From assembly GCA_044359535.1 (NCBI GenBank), contig JBIKLZ010000009.1, positions 1 to 31,540 on the forward strand: a stretch of 31,540 nt of DNA. Direction: 5' to 3'. A program made the translations under genes and the position numbers. Below the pieces are notes generated by a model. The model ran no database searches, was not told where the DNA came from, and saw nothing but the letters and a program-made list of their open reading frames with translations. This document shows positions 1 to 9,600 of the stretch, in pieces. The stretch's first letter is position 1. Each line of letters starts with the position of its first letter. The stretch comes from Chlamydiia bacterium (GTDB taxonomy: Bacteria; Chlamydiota; Chlamydiia; Chlamydiales; 2-12-FULL-49-11).

Positions 1-78
1 GGAAAAATTGTTTTAGTCAATGATTATCTGATGTTAGAAAAGGGGAAAACTCTGTTTATAGATAGAATTTATAGATAA
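1..78 (+). CDS. 3' end of a gene running in from the left (product unknown)
   Basis: Frame 1 is open from base 1 (GKIVLVNDYLMLEKGKTLFIDRIYR*) to TAA 76-78, directly followed by a hairpin terminator. Confidence 0.4.
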   Translation, partial: GKIVLVNDYLMLEKGKTLFIDRIYR

Positions 79-103
79 AAGCAGCCAGTAATCTAGCTGC
101 TTT
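77..103. terminator. Intrinsic terminator, likely bidirectional
   Basis: AAAAGCAGC-cagtaatcta-GCTGCTTT inverted repeat with A/T tails, between convergent genes. Confidence 0.65.
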
Positions 104-127
104 AAGGATATAATTTTTACCTTTTTG

Positions 128-670
128 TCAATCCCCATCTACAAAGACAATGGTAGTAACCTTTGGTCTTTTGGGACTCTCGAGTTGTGGTGTCTTATCT
201 TTAGAGTTTCTACTATTCTCTGTACGATTAGCTCTAGACCTTTTCAAGTTTTCAGTGATTCTTTCACGACGCAGTCTAGTTCTTTCCTCTGGTGTTTCTA
301 TTACTGGTGTTTCTATTACTGGTGTTTCTGTTTCTTGTGTTGCTGCTGGTGCTGCTGGTGCTGCTGGTGCTGCTGGTGCTGTTACTTGTGCTGTTGCCCT
401 TGCTATTTCTTTTCCATTTTTTTCATTTGAAGATTTATGTACGCCCGCTAAAATAGCTATGACTAAACTTGTGGCGCCTACAACTCCGAAAAGGATTGGA
501 CCAATAGCGACTGCTAAAATGGTTGTTGCTAAAATAGTTGTTACAACGGCTGCTATAAGTGTTGCACCGGCAACTCCGGACAAAACAAAAATACTTTTTT
601 TCAATGCAGTCTTATCAACTTGAGCAGGAGAGCAAGCGACTCCTACATTGTTGTCATTTCTAACAGACAT
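128..670 (-). CDS. Inc-like membrane protein (bilobed hydrophobic domain, Ala/Pro repeats, basic C-terminus)
   Basis: About 50-aa hydrophobic stretch (IFVLSGVAG...AILAGV) after a short polar N-terminus; AAGGAG SD; own promoter. Confidence 0.7.
   Translation of the reverse strand: MSVRNDNNVGVACSPAQVDKTALKKSIFVLSGVAGATLIAAVVTTILATTILAVAIGPILFGVVGATSLVIAILAGVHKSSNEKNGKEIARATAQVTAPAAPAAPAAPAATQETETPVIETPVIETPEERTRLRRERITENLKRSRANRTENSRNSKDKTPQLESPKRPKVTTIVFVDGD
289..329. repeat. 15-bp tandem repeat (about 2.7 copies) encoding ETPVI
   Basis: ctggtgtttctatta x2 + ctggtgtttct. Confidence 0.9.
341..380. repeat. 9-bp tandem repeat (about 4.4 copies) encoding APA/PAA
   Basis: tgctgctgg x4 + tgct. 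Confidence 0.9.
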
Positions 671-699
671 ATATAAACTCCTTGTTTTAATTAATGATA

Positions 700-729
700 A
701 TTATATTATATTTAATTAATAAAAATCAA
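700..729 (-). promoter_or_regulatory. Sigma66/sigma70-type promoter of the Inc-like gene
   Basis: TTGATT(729-724)-N18-TATAAT(705-700). Confidence 0.55.
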
Positions 730-786
730 TAATTAAACAAGAATTTTAAATCTAAAATGCGTAAGCGTTTGATTTATAAACGATTG

Positions 787-822
787 AAAAAAAGAGGGGG
801 GGTTTCCCCCCCCTTTTTTTTT
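787..822. terminator. Intrinsic terminator of the dnaK operon
   Basis: A7-GAGGGGGGG-ttt-CCCCCCCC-T9 hairpin 9 nt past the dnaK stop. Confidence 0.85.
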
Positions 823-831
823 GTACCCTAT

Positions 832-2763
832 TTAGTCTTTGATTTCTTCAACATCAGCGTCTTCGATGTCGTCGTTTTTTGGGCCATTATGGGTGTTTTG
901 GTGGGTATAGGTGCGTTGTTTTTTACCATCACCTTGAGCTTCTCCTTCTGTTTGAGCTCCTTTCATAGACTCACCGATTTTTTGAATCGATTGGTTCAAT
1001 GCCTCTTTGGCTCCTTTAATACTCTCTGTGTTATCAGAGGTAAGAGCTTGTTTTGCTGCTGCAATTTTTTCTTCGATCTCTGTTTTTACCTCTGCAGGGA
1101 TTTTTTCTGCATAGTCTTTAAGAGATTTTTCTGATCTAAAAATAAGGGCATCTGTCTCATTTTTTAGATCAATTTTTTCACGAGCAATTCTATCAGACTC
1201 TTTATGAGCCTCTGCATCATTGACAGCTTTATTGATTTCAGCTTCACTTAAACCAGAAGAGGCTTCAATACGAATTTTTTGCTCTTTTCCGGATTGCTTA
1301 TCTTTTGCCGATACGTGCAAGATTCCATCGGCATCAATGTCAAAAGCAACTTCAATTTGAGGGACGCCACGAGGGGCCGGTGGAATATCAGAAAGGTCAA
1401 AATTACCGATCTTTTTGTTATCTGCTGCCATTTGTCGCTCCCCTTGAAGGACGGCAATGGTTACTGCAGGCTGATTATCCGCTGCTGTAGAAAAGACTTG
1501 CTTTTTCGATGTTGGGATGGTTGTATTTCTCTCAATGACCTTTGTCATCACTCCACCTAAAGTTTCAATTCCAAGGGATAAAGGGACCACATCGAGTAAA
1601 AGAACATCTTTTACATCACCGCTTAGAACCGCCCCTTGAATTGCAGCGCCCAAAGCTACCACTTCATCAGGGTTGACCCCTTTATGAGGCTCTTTGCCAA
1701 AGATTGCTTTAACTTTTTCTTGAACCATAGGCATACGGGTCATCCCACCGACTAAAATGACTTCATCAATATCTGAAATAGAGACACCGGCATCTTTCAT
1801 CGCTTTAAGGCAAGGCTCTTTAGTTCTTTCTACTAAATCTGAAGCAAGACTTTCGTACTTTGCTCTAGATAAGGTAAGGTTTAAATGCTTTGGACCCTCA
1901 CTGCTCATTGTGATAAAGGGCTGATTGATGTCTGTAGATGCAGTTCCTGAAAGTTCAATTTTTGCCTTTTCAGCAGCATCACGAAGTCTTTGAAGGGCCA
2001 TTTTATCTGAGGTTAAATCAATCCCATGTTCTTTTTTGAATTCATCAAGAATCCACTTCATAATCACGTTATCAAAATCATCGCCCCCTAAATGGGTATC
2101 CCCATTAGTAGCAAGCACTTCAAATACCCCATCCCCAATTTCTAGGATAGAGACGTCAAATGTACCGCCCCCTAAGTCGTAAACAGCAATTTTCTGATCT
2201 TTTCCTTTTTTATCAAACCCATAGGATAAAGCAGCGGCAGTTGGTTCGTTAATAATACGACGGACATTTAATCCTGCAATTCTCCCTGCATCTTTTGTAG
2301 ACTGTCTTTGAGAGTCGTTAAAGTATGCCGGAACAGTAATCACAGCTTCTGTCACTTCTTCTCCAAGATACTCCTCGGCAGTGTGCTTCATTTTTGATAA
2401 AACAGCCGCCCCAATTTCTTCTGGGCTATAGGTTTTATCTCCCACTTTGATCGCTACTTTTCCCCCATTGCCCTCAATAATTTTGTAAGGGACTGTCCCT
2501 ATTTCATTTCTTACTTCACTAAACATCCTTCCAATGAATCGTTTTGCTGAAGAAATGGTGTTTTCTGGATTTGTCACTGCTTGGCGCTTTGCTGGAACAC
2601 CGACTAATCGATCGCTCCCTTTAAAAGCAACAATCGATGGGGTGGTTCTTGATCCTTCTGCGTTTGTGATCACTTTACCCTCTTTTCCCTCCATGATAGC
2701 TACACAGGAGTTGGTAGTACCAAGATCTATTCCAATGATTTTTGTACTTTTTTTCTTTGTCAT
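832..2763 (-). CDS. dnaK: Chaperone DnaK (Hsp70)
   Basis: [34 protein letters not shown] motifs. Confidence 0.99.
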   Translation of the reverse strand: MTKKKSTKIIGIDLGTTNSCVAIMEGKEGKVITNAEGSRTTPSIVAFKGSDRLVGVPAKRQAVTNPENTISSAKRFIGRMFSEVRNEIGTVPYKIIEGNGGKVAIKVGDKTYSPEEIGAAVLSKMKHTAEEYLGEEVTEAVITVPAYFNDSQRQSTKDAGRIAGLNVRRIINEPTAAALSYGFDKKGKDQKIAVYDLGGGTFDVSILEIGDGVFEVLATNGDTHLGGDDFDNVIMKWILDEFKKEHGIDLTSDKMALQRLRDAAEKAKIELSGTASTDINQPFITMSSEGPKHLNLTLSRAKYESLASDLVERTKEPCLKAMKDAGVSISDIDEVILVGGMTRMPMVQEKVKAIFGKEPHKGVNPDEVVALGAAIQGAVLSGDVKDVLLLDVVPLSLGIETLGGVMTKVIERNTTIPTSKKQVFSTAADNQPAVTIAVLQGERQMAADNKKIGNFDLSDIPPAPRGVPQIEVAFDIDADGILHVSAKDKQSGKEQKIRIEASSGLSEAEINKAVNDAEAHKESDRIAREKIDLKNETDALIFRSEKSLKDYAEKIPAEVKTEIEEKIAAAKQALTSDNTESIKGAKEALNQSIQKIGESMKGAQTEGEAQGDGKKQRTYTHQNTHNGPKNDDIEDADVEEIKD

Positions 2764-2786
2764 AGTTTTTATCCTCTTTTATATAG

Positions 2787-3335
2787 TTATTTTTTTTCTT
2801 CTTCTTTGGATACTTTTTTTGCAACTTTAACTTTTGCAACTCTAATTACACGTTTATCATGTTTATATCCTTTCATTAATTCTTCAATCACTGTCCCTTC
2901 TTTACAAGTGTCTGTTTCAACCATTTCAATGGCCTCATGATAGGTAGGATCAAAAGGTTTTCCTTTACTTTCGTAAGAGACAATCCCGTGATTTTCTAAT
3001 CCTGATTTAAACTGATTTAAAATCATTTTAAACCCAATAGCCCAATTTTTCATCTCCTCAGATAAGTTGTCTGTAAATGCTAACGCATTTTCTAAACTAT
3101 CAATAGGGCCTAACATCTCTTCAGCAATATTGCTTATTGAGTAGGCAATCAGTTCAGTTCTTTCATGCATTAAACGTTTTTTTGTATTTTCCATTTCTGC
3201 AAGGGCTCTAAGATATTTATCTTTGAAGTCAACAGCTTCTGCTGTTTTTTGAGTTAACTGCTCTTGTAAAAGTTCTGCAGGGCTTACTATTTTTTCTTCG
3301 CTTGTTTCTTTGTGGTTTTGTTCTTCTGTGCTCAT
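2787..3335 (-). CDS. grpE: Nucleotide exchange factor GrpE
   Basis: KYLRALAEMEN, FDPTYHEA, GY..RVIRVAKVKV; lies between hrcA and dnaK. Confidence 0.97.
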   Translation of the reverse strand: MSTEEQNHKETSEEKIVSPAELLQEQLTQKTAEAVDFKDKYLRALAEMENTKKRLMHERTELIAYSISNIAEEMLGPIDSLENALAFTDNLSEEMKNWAIGFKMILNQFKSGLENHGIVSYESKGKPFDPTYHEAIEMVETDTCKEGTVIEELMKGYKHDKRVIRVAKVKVAKKVSKEEEKK

Positions 3336-4465
3336 GATTTCTCTTTATGGGTTAAACCGATGACAGGAAGTTCTGTAGAGGTATACGTCACTTCTTTTGT
3401 TTTTGGCATACGGTAATTTAGTTGATATTTATATAAGGTTTTTGTGAGAGTATCACTTATATAGGATGAGACAGTTTTTAACAATGAAATTAGGTCTTTA
3501 TAGTTCATCCTTGAAGGGCCTAATAGGGCAATACTCCCTACTTTTTTATTGTGAATAAAATAGGGGATTTGGATCAATGCGGACTTATAAGGTGGGGAAA
3601 GATAGCCTTTTAAATCATCTCCAATATAGAGCTTTAAAGAGTCACTTTTTGCCATTAATTGCTCTAAAGAAGGGGTGTTTTCAAAAAGAGCTAATGTCGA
3701 TGAAAGGGTTTCTGGATCATGAAATTCACTGTGGCGTAAGAGTTTTGCAAACCCCCCTTTATAAATATCTGGATGGTTCATTGTGGTGTAGCTGATAAAG
3801 TGCCTTAAAACCACTTCATTATAGGCCCCTTTTGCAAAGGTCTCTTCCTCTTCACTAAGGGAGGGCTTATTTAAAAATGTCAATCTATATTGAAAATAAT
3901 CCTCTATCCTTTTAATAGAAAAGGTGCTCATGTGAGAGGGTAAATAGAGAGTTTCGGTATGTAAAAAACCAAAATCTGTCACAACAATGCACACAGCTCT
4001 TTGTTCATCAATTTTTGTTAAAACAATTTTAGAGATAAAATCTTGATCAAATCTTGGGGCTGTAATTAGGGTTGCAAGGGAGGTGATTTCTGAAATGGCC
4101 TCGGTAATTTCTTGAAAATAAAAGGATAACTTTTTTGTTTCTTTGCAAATAAGATCCTTAAGAAAGCTCTCATCATCTAAAGAGTGTGTTGAGGGCTGTT
4201 TTTGTTCTAAAAGATTAGAAATGTAGACCCTTAAAGCTTTGTCGGTAGGGGTTCTTCCCCCCGATGTATGATGCTGCTTTAAAAGATCTTTTGCTTCAAG
4301 GGTGGCAAAATAATTACGAATGGTTGCTGAACTAATATATTCAAATCCATTTTCCCTTAAGGTGTTTGACCCCACAGCTTTACCTGTTTTTAAATAGAGG
4401 TCAACAAGGCCTAATAAAACCTCTTGCTCCCTTTGATCTTTTGGTTTTGATTGTGTCGACTTCAT
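3332..4465 (-). CDS. hrcA: Heat-inducible transcription repressor HrcA with chlamydial C-terminal tail
   Basis: SSATIRNYF..LE..HTSGGRTPT, LGPSRMNY; tail LYKYQLNYRMP...; 4-bp ATGA overlap with grpE. Confidence 0.97.
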   Translation of the reverse strand: MKSTQSKPKDQREQEVLLGLVDLYLKTGKAVGSNTLRENGFEYISSATIRNYFATLEAKDLLKQHHTSGGRTPTDKALRVYISNLLEQKQPSTHSLDDESFLKDLICKETKKLSFYFQEITEAISEITSLATLITAPRFDQDFISKIVLTKIDEQRAVCIVVTDFGFLHTETLYLPSHMSTFSIKRIEDYFQYRLTFLNKPSLSEEEETFAKGAYNEVVLRHFISYTTMNHPDIYKGGFAKLLRHSEFHDPETLSSTLALFENTPSLEQLMAKSDSLKLYIGDDLKGYLSPPYKSALIQIPYFIHNKKVGSIALLGPSRMNYKDLISLLKTVSSYISDTLTKTLYKYQLNYRMPKTKEVTYTSTELPVIGLTHKEKS

Positions 4466-4498
4466 TTTTTTGATCTTAATTTTTTCCTCTTAACTTGA

Positions 4499-4527
4499 AG
4501 TATACAATGTTAGCACTCAATTGGCAA
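4499..4527 (-). promoter_or_regulatory. Sigma66 promoter of hrcA-grpE-dnaK containing a perfect CIRCE half-site (4510-4518) in its spacer
   Basis: TTGCCA(4527-4522)-N17-TATACT(4504-4499); TTAGCACTC at 4510-4518. Confidence 0.8.
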
Positions 4528-4532
4528 GATTT

Positions 4533-4559
4533 TTAGCAGTTAAAATAAAAGACTGCTGA
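4533..4559. promoter_or_regulatory. CIRCE operator (HrcA site)
   Basis: TTAGCAGTT-N9-GACTGCTGA versus consensus TTAGCACTC-N9-GAGTGCTAA, just upstream of the -35. Confidence 0.85.
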
Positions 4560-4658
4560 TTATTTTTATAAGTGTTTTTATTTCAATAAGTTAACATTCT
4601 CATTTTTTTTAATAAAAAAAGGGGGTATAGTAGATTTTCTTAAAAATAGGGGGTAAAG

Positions 4659-5084
4659 ATGTGGGAAAAAACAGAACAAAAGGTATATACAGGTGTCAAA
4701 AAAGAGAAGATGTGGCTTGTATTAAAAAATGTGAACAGTTGGAAGCAGTGGAATAGTGAGCTTGAAGAAAGTGTTATGATAGACCCCTTTGAAAAGGGGG
4801 GTGTTTTTCACTTAAAACATAAAAAAGCCCCTTTAGTTCAACTTACATTAGCAGAGGTGATTGAAGGGATAAGTTTTACAGATTGTTTGCAACTTTCTGG
4901 CGCTAAGATGTTTGGAAGAAAAGAGATTGTTGATCATAGTGAAGGGGTAGAGTTAAAAGTAACCTATTGGATAGAAGGGTTGGGAGCTAAATTTTGGGTG
5001 CAAATGTTAGGAGAAAAGGTTAAGGATTCGATGATCTCTCAAATGGAGGGTTTGATGCTGTATCTTGAAGGGGAAGGTTGTTGA
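4659..5084 (+). CDS. SRPBCC/START-like (polyketide cyclase/dehydrase family) protein
   Basis: 141 aa; N-terminal 'W.VL.NV.SWKQWN' pattern typical of SRPBCC; GGGGG SD. Confidence 0.7.
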   Translation: MWEKTEQKVYTGVKKEKMWLVLKNVNSWKQWNSELEESVMIDPFEKGGVFHLKHKKAPLVQLTLAEVIEGISFTDCLQLSGAKMFGRKEIVDHSEGVELKVTYWIEGLGAKFWVQMLGEKVKDSMISQMEGLMLYLEGEGC

Positions 5085-5109
5085 TTTTTTATTAAGATGA
5101 TGTTATAAT
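5081..5109 (+). promoter_or_regulatory. Sigma66 promoter with extended -10 of the phosphatase gene
   Basis: TTGATT(5081-5086)-N17-TATAAT(5104-5109) preceded by TGt. Confidence 0.7.
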
Positions 5110-5137
5110 TAAAACAAATTTTAAAAAAGAGGTAAAT

Positions 5138-6658
5138 ATGGACATGCCAATAAATCCAGAGCCAAGCAAGAGTTTAGGAGGTTTAGGATGGATGAGCATA
5201 AAAGAGACTTTCCCTGAAAGAGCAAGTGAGCTAGGCCAAGCTTACCAATTAAATAATGAACCTGTCTTAAGTTATACAGGAAGATGTCACACCTCTTGTG
5301 AAGACATTGGTCTGGATGTGGGTCGTATAATACTTTTGATAGTTTGCCCTTTATTTTTGATCCCTTTAGCCATACTGCTAGTTGATAGAGCTAGATACAT
5401 AAAGGAAATACAAAAATATAATTACCAAATACTTGAACATTGTAAAAGAAGGCAACATCAAGAAGATGCTGCACAAGCTGCACAAGCTGCACAAGCTGCA
5501 CAAGCTCCACAAGCTCCACAAGCTCCACAAGCTCCACAAGCTCCACAAGCTGCACAAGCTGCACAAGCTGCACAAGCTCCACAAGCTCCACAAGCTCCAC
5601 AAGCTCCACAAGCTCCACAAGCTGCACAAGCTGCACAAGCTGCACAAGCTGCACAAGCTGCACAAGCTGAACTAGATGCACTACGTGCGCGCATAGAGCT
5701 GCACACGACGCAGAAGCACCCGTATTCTACTGGTTCCTTTCATTTTGGGTGCGATCCACAAACATTTATTAAACGAATGGAATGGGAAGTCGGACGTTCT
5801 AAACAGCCCGATACACAAAAAGCGATGCAACTATTACAAACCACGTATTTCTGTGAATCTTTCTGTGGGAGTAGAATTTTAAAAAATCTTTGTATCGGAG
5901 GGGCGTCAGCTAATTTTGGTTTTTTTGATCTAGGAGCGGGTCCAAAGTTTCCAGTCGAATCTCAACAAAGTCGTTTTCTAGCGAACCAACTTTACCTGTA
6001 TGGGACGGATCGAGAAAATGCAATGGCTGAATTAAATAAAACTCCTTTTGCTTCACATTTTCTTGAGTATCATTTGCATGAAGGGAATGGTTTTTTTGGA
6101 TATGTTTACTCCGCAAACGGTAAAGGAGATGAAATCGATGATCGCGCACTTGATGCCGAAGGAAATCTATCTTCAAGCAAAAAGGTCTATTTAAAGCCAG
6201 ACTACAAAGACAACAAGGATAGATGGTTTAATGGAGAATTACATTATCAATTTCAAAAAGAACCAAGTGGAGATGGCTACAGCAATGGAGATAAATACGA
6301 GAATCTCCTTTCATTAATTGATGGCGCTTTAGATGTTCTTGTGAAAGAAGATCAAAAAGAAGAAGGGGCTGAGCCGATGATGGTCCATTGTTCTTCAGGT
6401 GTAGAAAGAAGTGTAACTACAGTTATTGCTATCATCATTCGATGGTTTCAAAGACATAGCATTGCCATTAACGATGAGTTAGTCACCCTTGTGGCCGATT
6501 TTATAAGAACTAGAAGACCTACTGCAGCAACATTTGAGGATACTCTACCTAATCCTGGTCTAAGAAGTGTGCATGAAATGCGGAAACAACTTATTCAATA
6601 TTTAGTAAACAATCCCCCTCAGCATGACGGTGGTGGCGGAGGTGGAGGGAGTAAATAG
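5138..6658 (+). CDS. Membrane-anchored dual-specificity/PTP-superfamily phosphatase, putative secreted effector
   Basis: VHCSSGVERS CX5R P-loop (6383-6412), downstream RRP..PNPGL..QL; TM helix IILLIVCPLFLIPLAILLV; AQA/PQA repeat; GAGGT SD. Confidence 0.8.
   Translation: MDMPINPEPSKSLGGLGWMSIKETFPERASELGQAYQLNNEPVLSYTGRCHTSCEDIGLDVGRIILLIVCPLFLIPLAILLVDRARYIKEIQKYNYQILEHCKRRQHQEDAAQAAQAAQAAQAPQAPQAPQAPQAPQAAQAAQAAQAPQAPQAPQAPQAPQAAQAAQAAQAAQAAQAELDALRARIELHTTQKHPYSTGSFHFGCDPQTFIKRMEWEVGRSKQPDTQKAMQLLQTTYFCESFCGSRILKNLCIGGASANFGFFDLGAGPKFPVESQQSRFLANQLYLYGTDRENAMAELNKTPFASHFLEYHLHEGNGFFGYVYSANGKGDEIDDRALDAEGNLSSSKKVYLKPDYKDNKDRWFNGELHYQFQKEPSGDGYSNGDKYENLLSLIDGALDVLVKEDQKEEGAEPMMVHCSSGVERSVTTVIAIIIRWFQRHSIAINDELVTLVADFIRTRRPTAATFEDTLPNPGLRSVHEMRKQLIQYLVNNPPQHDGGGGGGGSK
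5471..5668 (+). repeat. 22 x 9-bp tandem repeat (G/C)CACAAGCT encoding AQA/PQA
   Basis: Order AQA4-PQA5-AQA3-PQA5-AQA5; the only variation is at position 1. Confidence 0.97.
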
Positions 6659-6671
6659 CCTTTTATAAAGA

Positions 6672-9600
6672 CTAGATCTTGTTATCAATAACAAGGGGTA
6701 GGACATCGACAATCGATGGAGACCAAGAAATGCCCCTTGAATAGACAATGTTTTGACCTATTGCGCATGCTATAATTGCTTTTTTGTGGGTGTCAGGGAT
6801 CTTTTTTAGAATTCGGTCTTTATACTTGGATTGAAAAATAGGGGGCAAATAGCTCACAAGGGTTTTATTTAGCGGATCAGATAAAGAGTCAGAAAGATCA
6901 ATCGTTTCTAAGTAAGTGAGAATTTCATAGGTATAGCCATTGATTTTTCTTGATATCTCATCAGAAATCTCTGTAAGGGGAAGGTTGAGTTCTTCATGGG
7001 ATTTTATCAGTAAGGACGCCTCATTTTCTGCTTTTTGCCGAATAAAGGATAAAACATCAACCATTAACCCCTCTTTGTCTTTTAAAAACTCCTCGTTTTT
7101 CATCAATAAGCTACAAAGAACCTCTAAGGAGGAGGCCATCACACCCCCTTTATTTGCTGAACTATCCTTAATAATTAAACACCCAAGCTCTTCAAGCAAT
7201 ACCCTTGCTTCAGAGGTTAAGTAAAGATTTGCCCCTTCAACAATCGCTTTGGAGGTTGGTTTTCCCTCTTTATTAAGATACGTTTTATAGTTATTGGCAT
7301 TTAAGGTTCGTGGCCTTCCCCCCCCCGGAATAAAAATATCTACCTCTACTTGATGTAAATTATGACTGTATAGATGTTGTGCTTCATTTCCAAGGAGCCA
7401 ATGCTCTTCTAATTTTGATCCCACCATTTTATAGCACAATGTTTGTGTCTGATACTGTGTCTTTTCTTTTCTATTTTCAATATCAAGGAGAAATCCCCCC
7501 GAGTGAAGTTTTTCTGCGGGGTAAAATTTTAAGGGCTTTTCTTGTTTAAATAATTTTACAAGCTCTTCTAAATCAAGCCCTTTTGGATCGTATATAGTTC
7601 CAGAGATATCTGTGATGGCTAAAAGCTTTGCTGTTGTTTTATAGTATTTGTACAGGTTATAAATTTGATTTCCAGCCACATCTCCATCAGGTCCTCCAGA
7701 AATTTTTATTGTGAAAGGGTCCTTTTTTGGGTCGATATTTAAGTATTTTAAAAGGTGTTCCATGTTGACGTTTACAGTAAGTGAGGTCACCCCGTACTGT
7801 TTATGGTTAATGCCGTAGGTGGGTTTTGACGAAATGAAAGCGGCTCCTAAAACATATCCAGAATGGACGCTGTAGTCAGCGATCCATTCAATCATTACAT
7901 TGTGCATGTTTTCATCTGGTCCAAGGTAAATATATTCAGGTCGGCCGTGATAGTCAATCACCTCTTTTGATTTGATTGAACCCTCTTCATTCATATTGAT
8001 TAAGCTAAGTAAGCTATAGATAAATGAGCGTTGGGAAGAGTATAAATAGACACTTCTTTGCTGTTGATGAAAGGTTTCAATTTTCTTTTCAATTTCAAAA
8101 GGGGTTAGACCCCCATTCAAAAGTTCTTTTTGAAAAATTTCTGTTTCATATTTAAGGTCTTCAAATGGTTCAACAAAAATGACCGCTTTAGAACCCCCTT
8201 CAGGGATATCCTTATTTTTTTTCTGCTGTGTATAGGCAAGGTTATAACACTCTGAAAAAATATTTAAGCGCTCCCAGGCCCCTTGTTCAGGTTTTTTAGG
8301 GAAAATGGTCCTTAAACCCCCACGGGATAAATCTTTAAAGCGAAGTTGAAAGGCAATAAAGGATTTTCCTTTGATGAAAAAAAATCCATAGGGAAGTTCA
8401 GGAAACTTTTCCCTATAATCATAAAATAGAGCTGTGAGAATTGCTGGATCGATACGAAAGGCTATAGCACTTTTTGTTTTTTTATAGAAATTGGTTTTTA
8501 ATCCGTAATTAGTAATTGAGAAGAGGGAAAGGAGAATATGTTTTCTTTTGGTATCTAAAGAAAGGTTGCCTGTATCAATTTCATTGACCCTTTTCAAAAA
8601 CAGCTCTTTCCCTTTTTCAAATTCTTTTAGGCAGGCAATGTTTGGATTAAATTTTTTATGGAAGAGTTCAATACAAAGAACTGTTAGGTCTGCATGGTAA
8701 ATTAAAGCTTCGGTGATGCTTTCAGAACTGTACATATTAGGATCGGCATGAAGAATCAATTGATGGGTAAGGTCAATCATTGTTTTTAATAAATTCCCTT
8801 CATTTCCCGTTAAAAGAGAGGTAGAGACAAAGGTTTGTTCAATTAAATCGTCATCGGTAAAATACTTTAAAGTGACCAATTCCTTTAAAAAGTCGTCAAG
8901 ATCGGTAGCTTCCCATGCAGGGGTGTTTTTTTCTCCATGAATTGCAAGTGACATAAGGAGGATGTTTTCAGAGCTGTAGGGATCAATATAGGTGGCGTTG
9001 ATTTTTTTCATCACAAGGTGATGTCTATTAAATAGTTTGGCAAGTCTATAGAGAAATTTGTATTTATGGGTGTTTTTCCATGCAAGGACAATTTGCATTG
9101 AAGGGCCTAAGGGATTGTCTAGAGTTTTAAGATCATATTGGAGGTGATCCCTTGTTTTAGATCTATAATACATCTCTAAAATCTGTTCTAAGCGATCCTT
9201 TGTAAGGATTTTAAGGAACCTAGAGTGAATGCTTGTCAATAGGGTATCAAAATCAGATCGGGAAAAATTCACAATCCTTGTTTTCAAGTGTTGATAGATG
9301 TCTTCAATATCTAAAGAGGATAAAGGGGTGTGTCCTTTGCTATCCTCATCGTCGAGTTTTGTGTAGTAAATAAGTGCTATACGGATGTTTCCTTTTGAAG
9401 GAGTGTAAGGAAGGGGGGCGTTGGAAATGAAAGTTTGATAACTTAAAATCCCAAAGTGTTGAAAGTGTTGTAAAATCTCTAAATCTGCTTTAGGGCCGTC
9501 GATACAAACAACCATTGAGAAATCATTAAAATGAATCTGAACAAACTCCCCCTGAACTTTAAAGCCCATGAGGTTATGGACAATTGTCATCATCTCATCA

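Noticed and set aside
125-623. Plus-strand ORFs 125-430 (WCC repeats) and 150-623
   Set aside because: Antisense shadows of 128-670, which has the SD, promoter and terminator
757-1560. ORFs 757-1134, 1248-1457, 1279-1560, 1305-1490 and similar short ORFs within core genes
   Set aside because: Antisense or alternate-frame overlaps of well-conserved genes with no recognisable motifs
5471-5668. Possible CRISPR array or phase-variation switch
   Set aside because: No spacers and no cas genes; the unit length is a multiple of 3, so slippage keeps the frame
5378-5706. Cys-rich, LVQ/LVE and HKL-repeat ORFs in other frames
   Set aside because: Shadows of the stop-free 9-bp repeat inside the phosphatase gene
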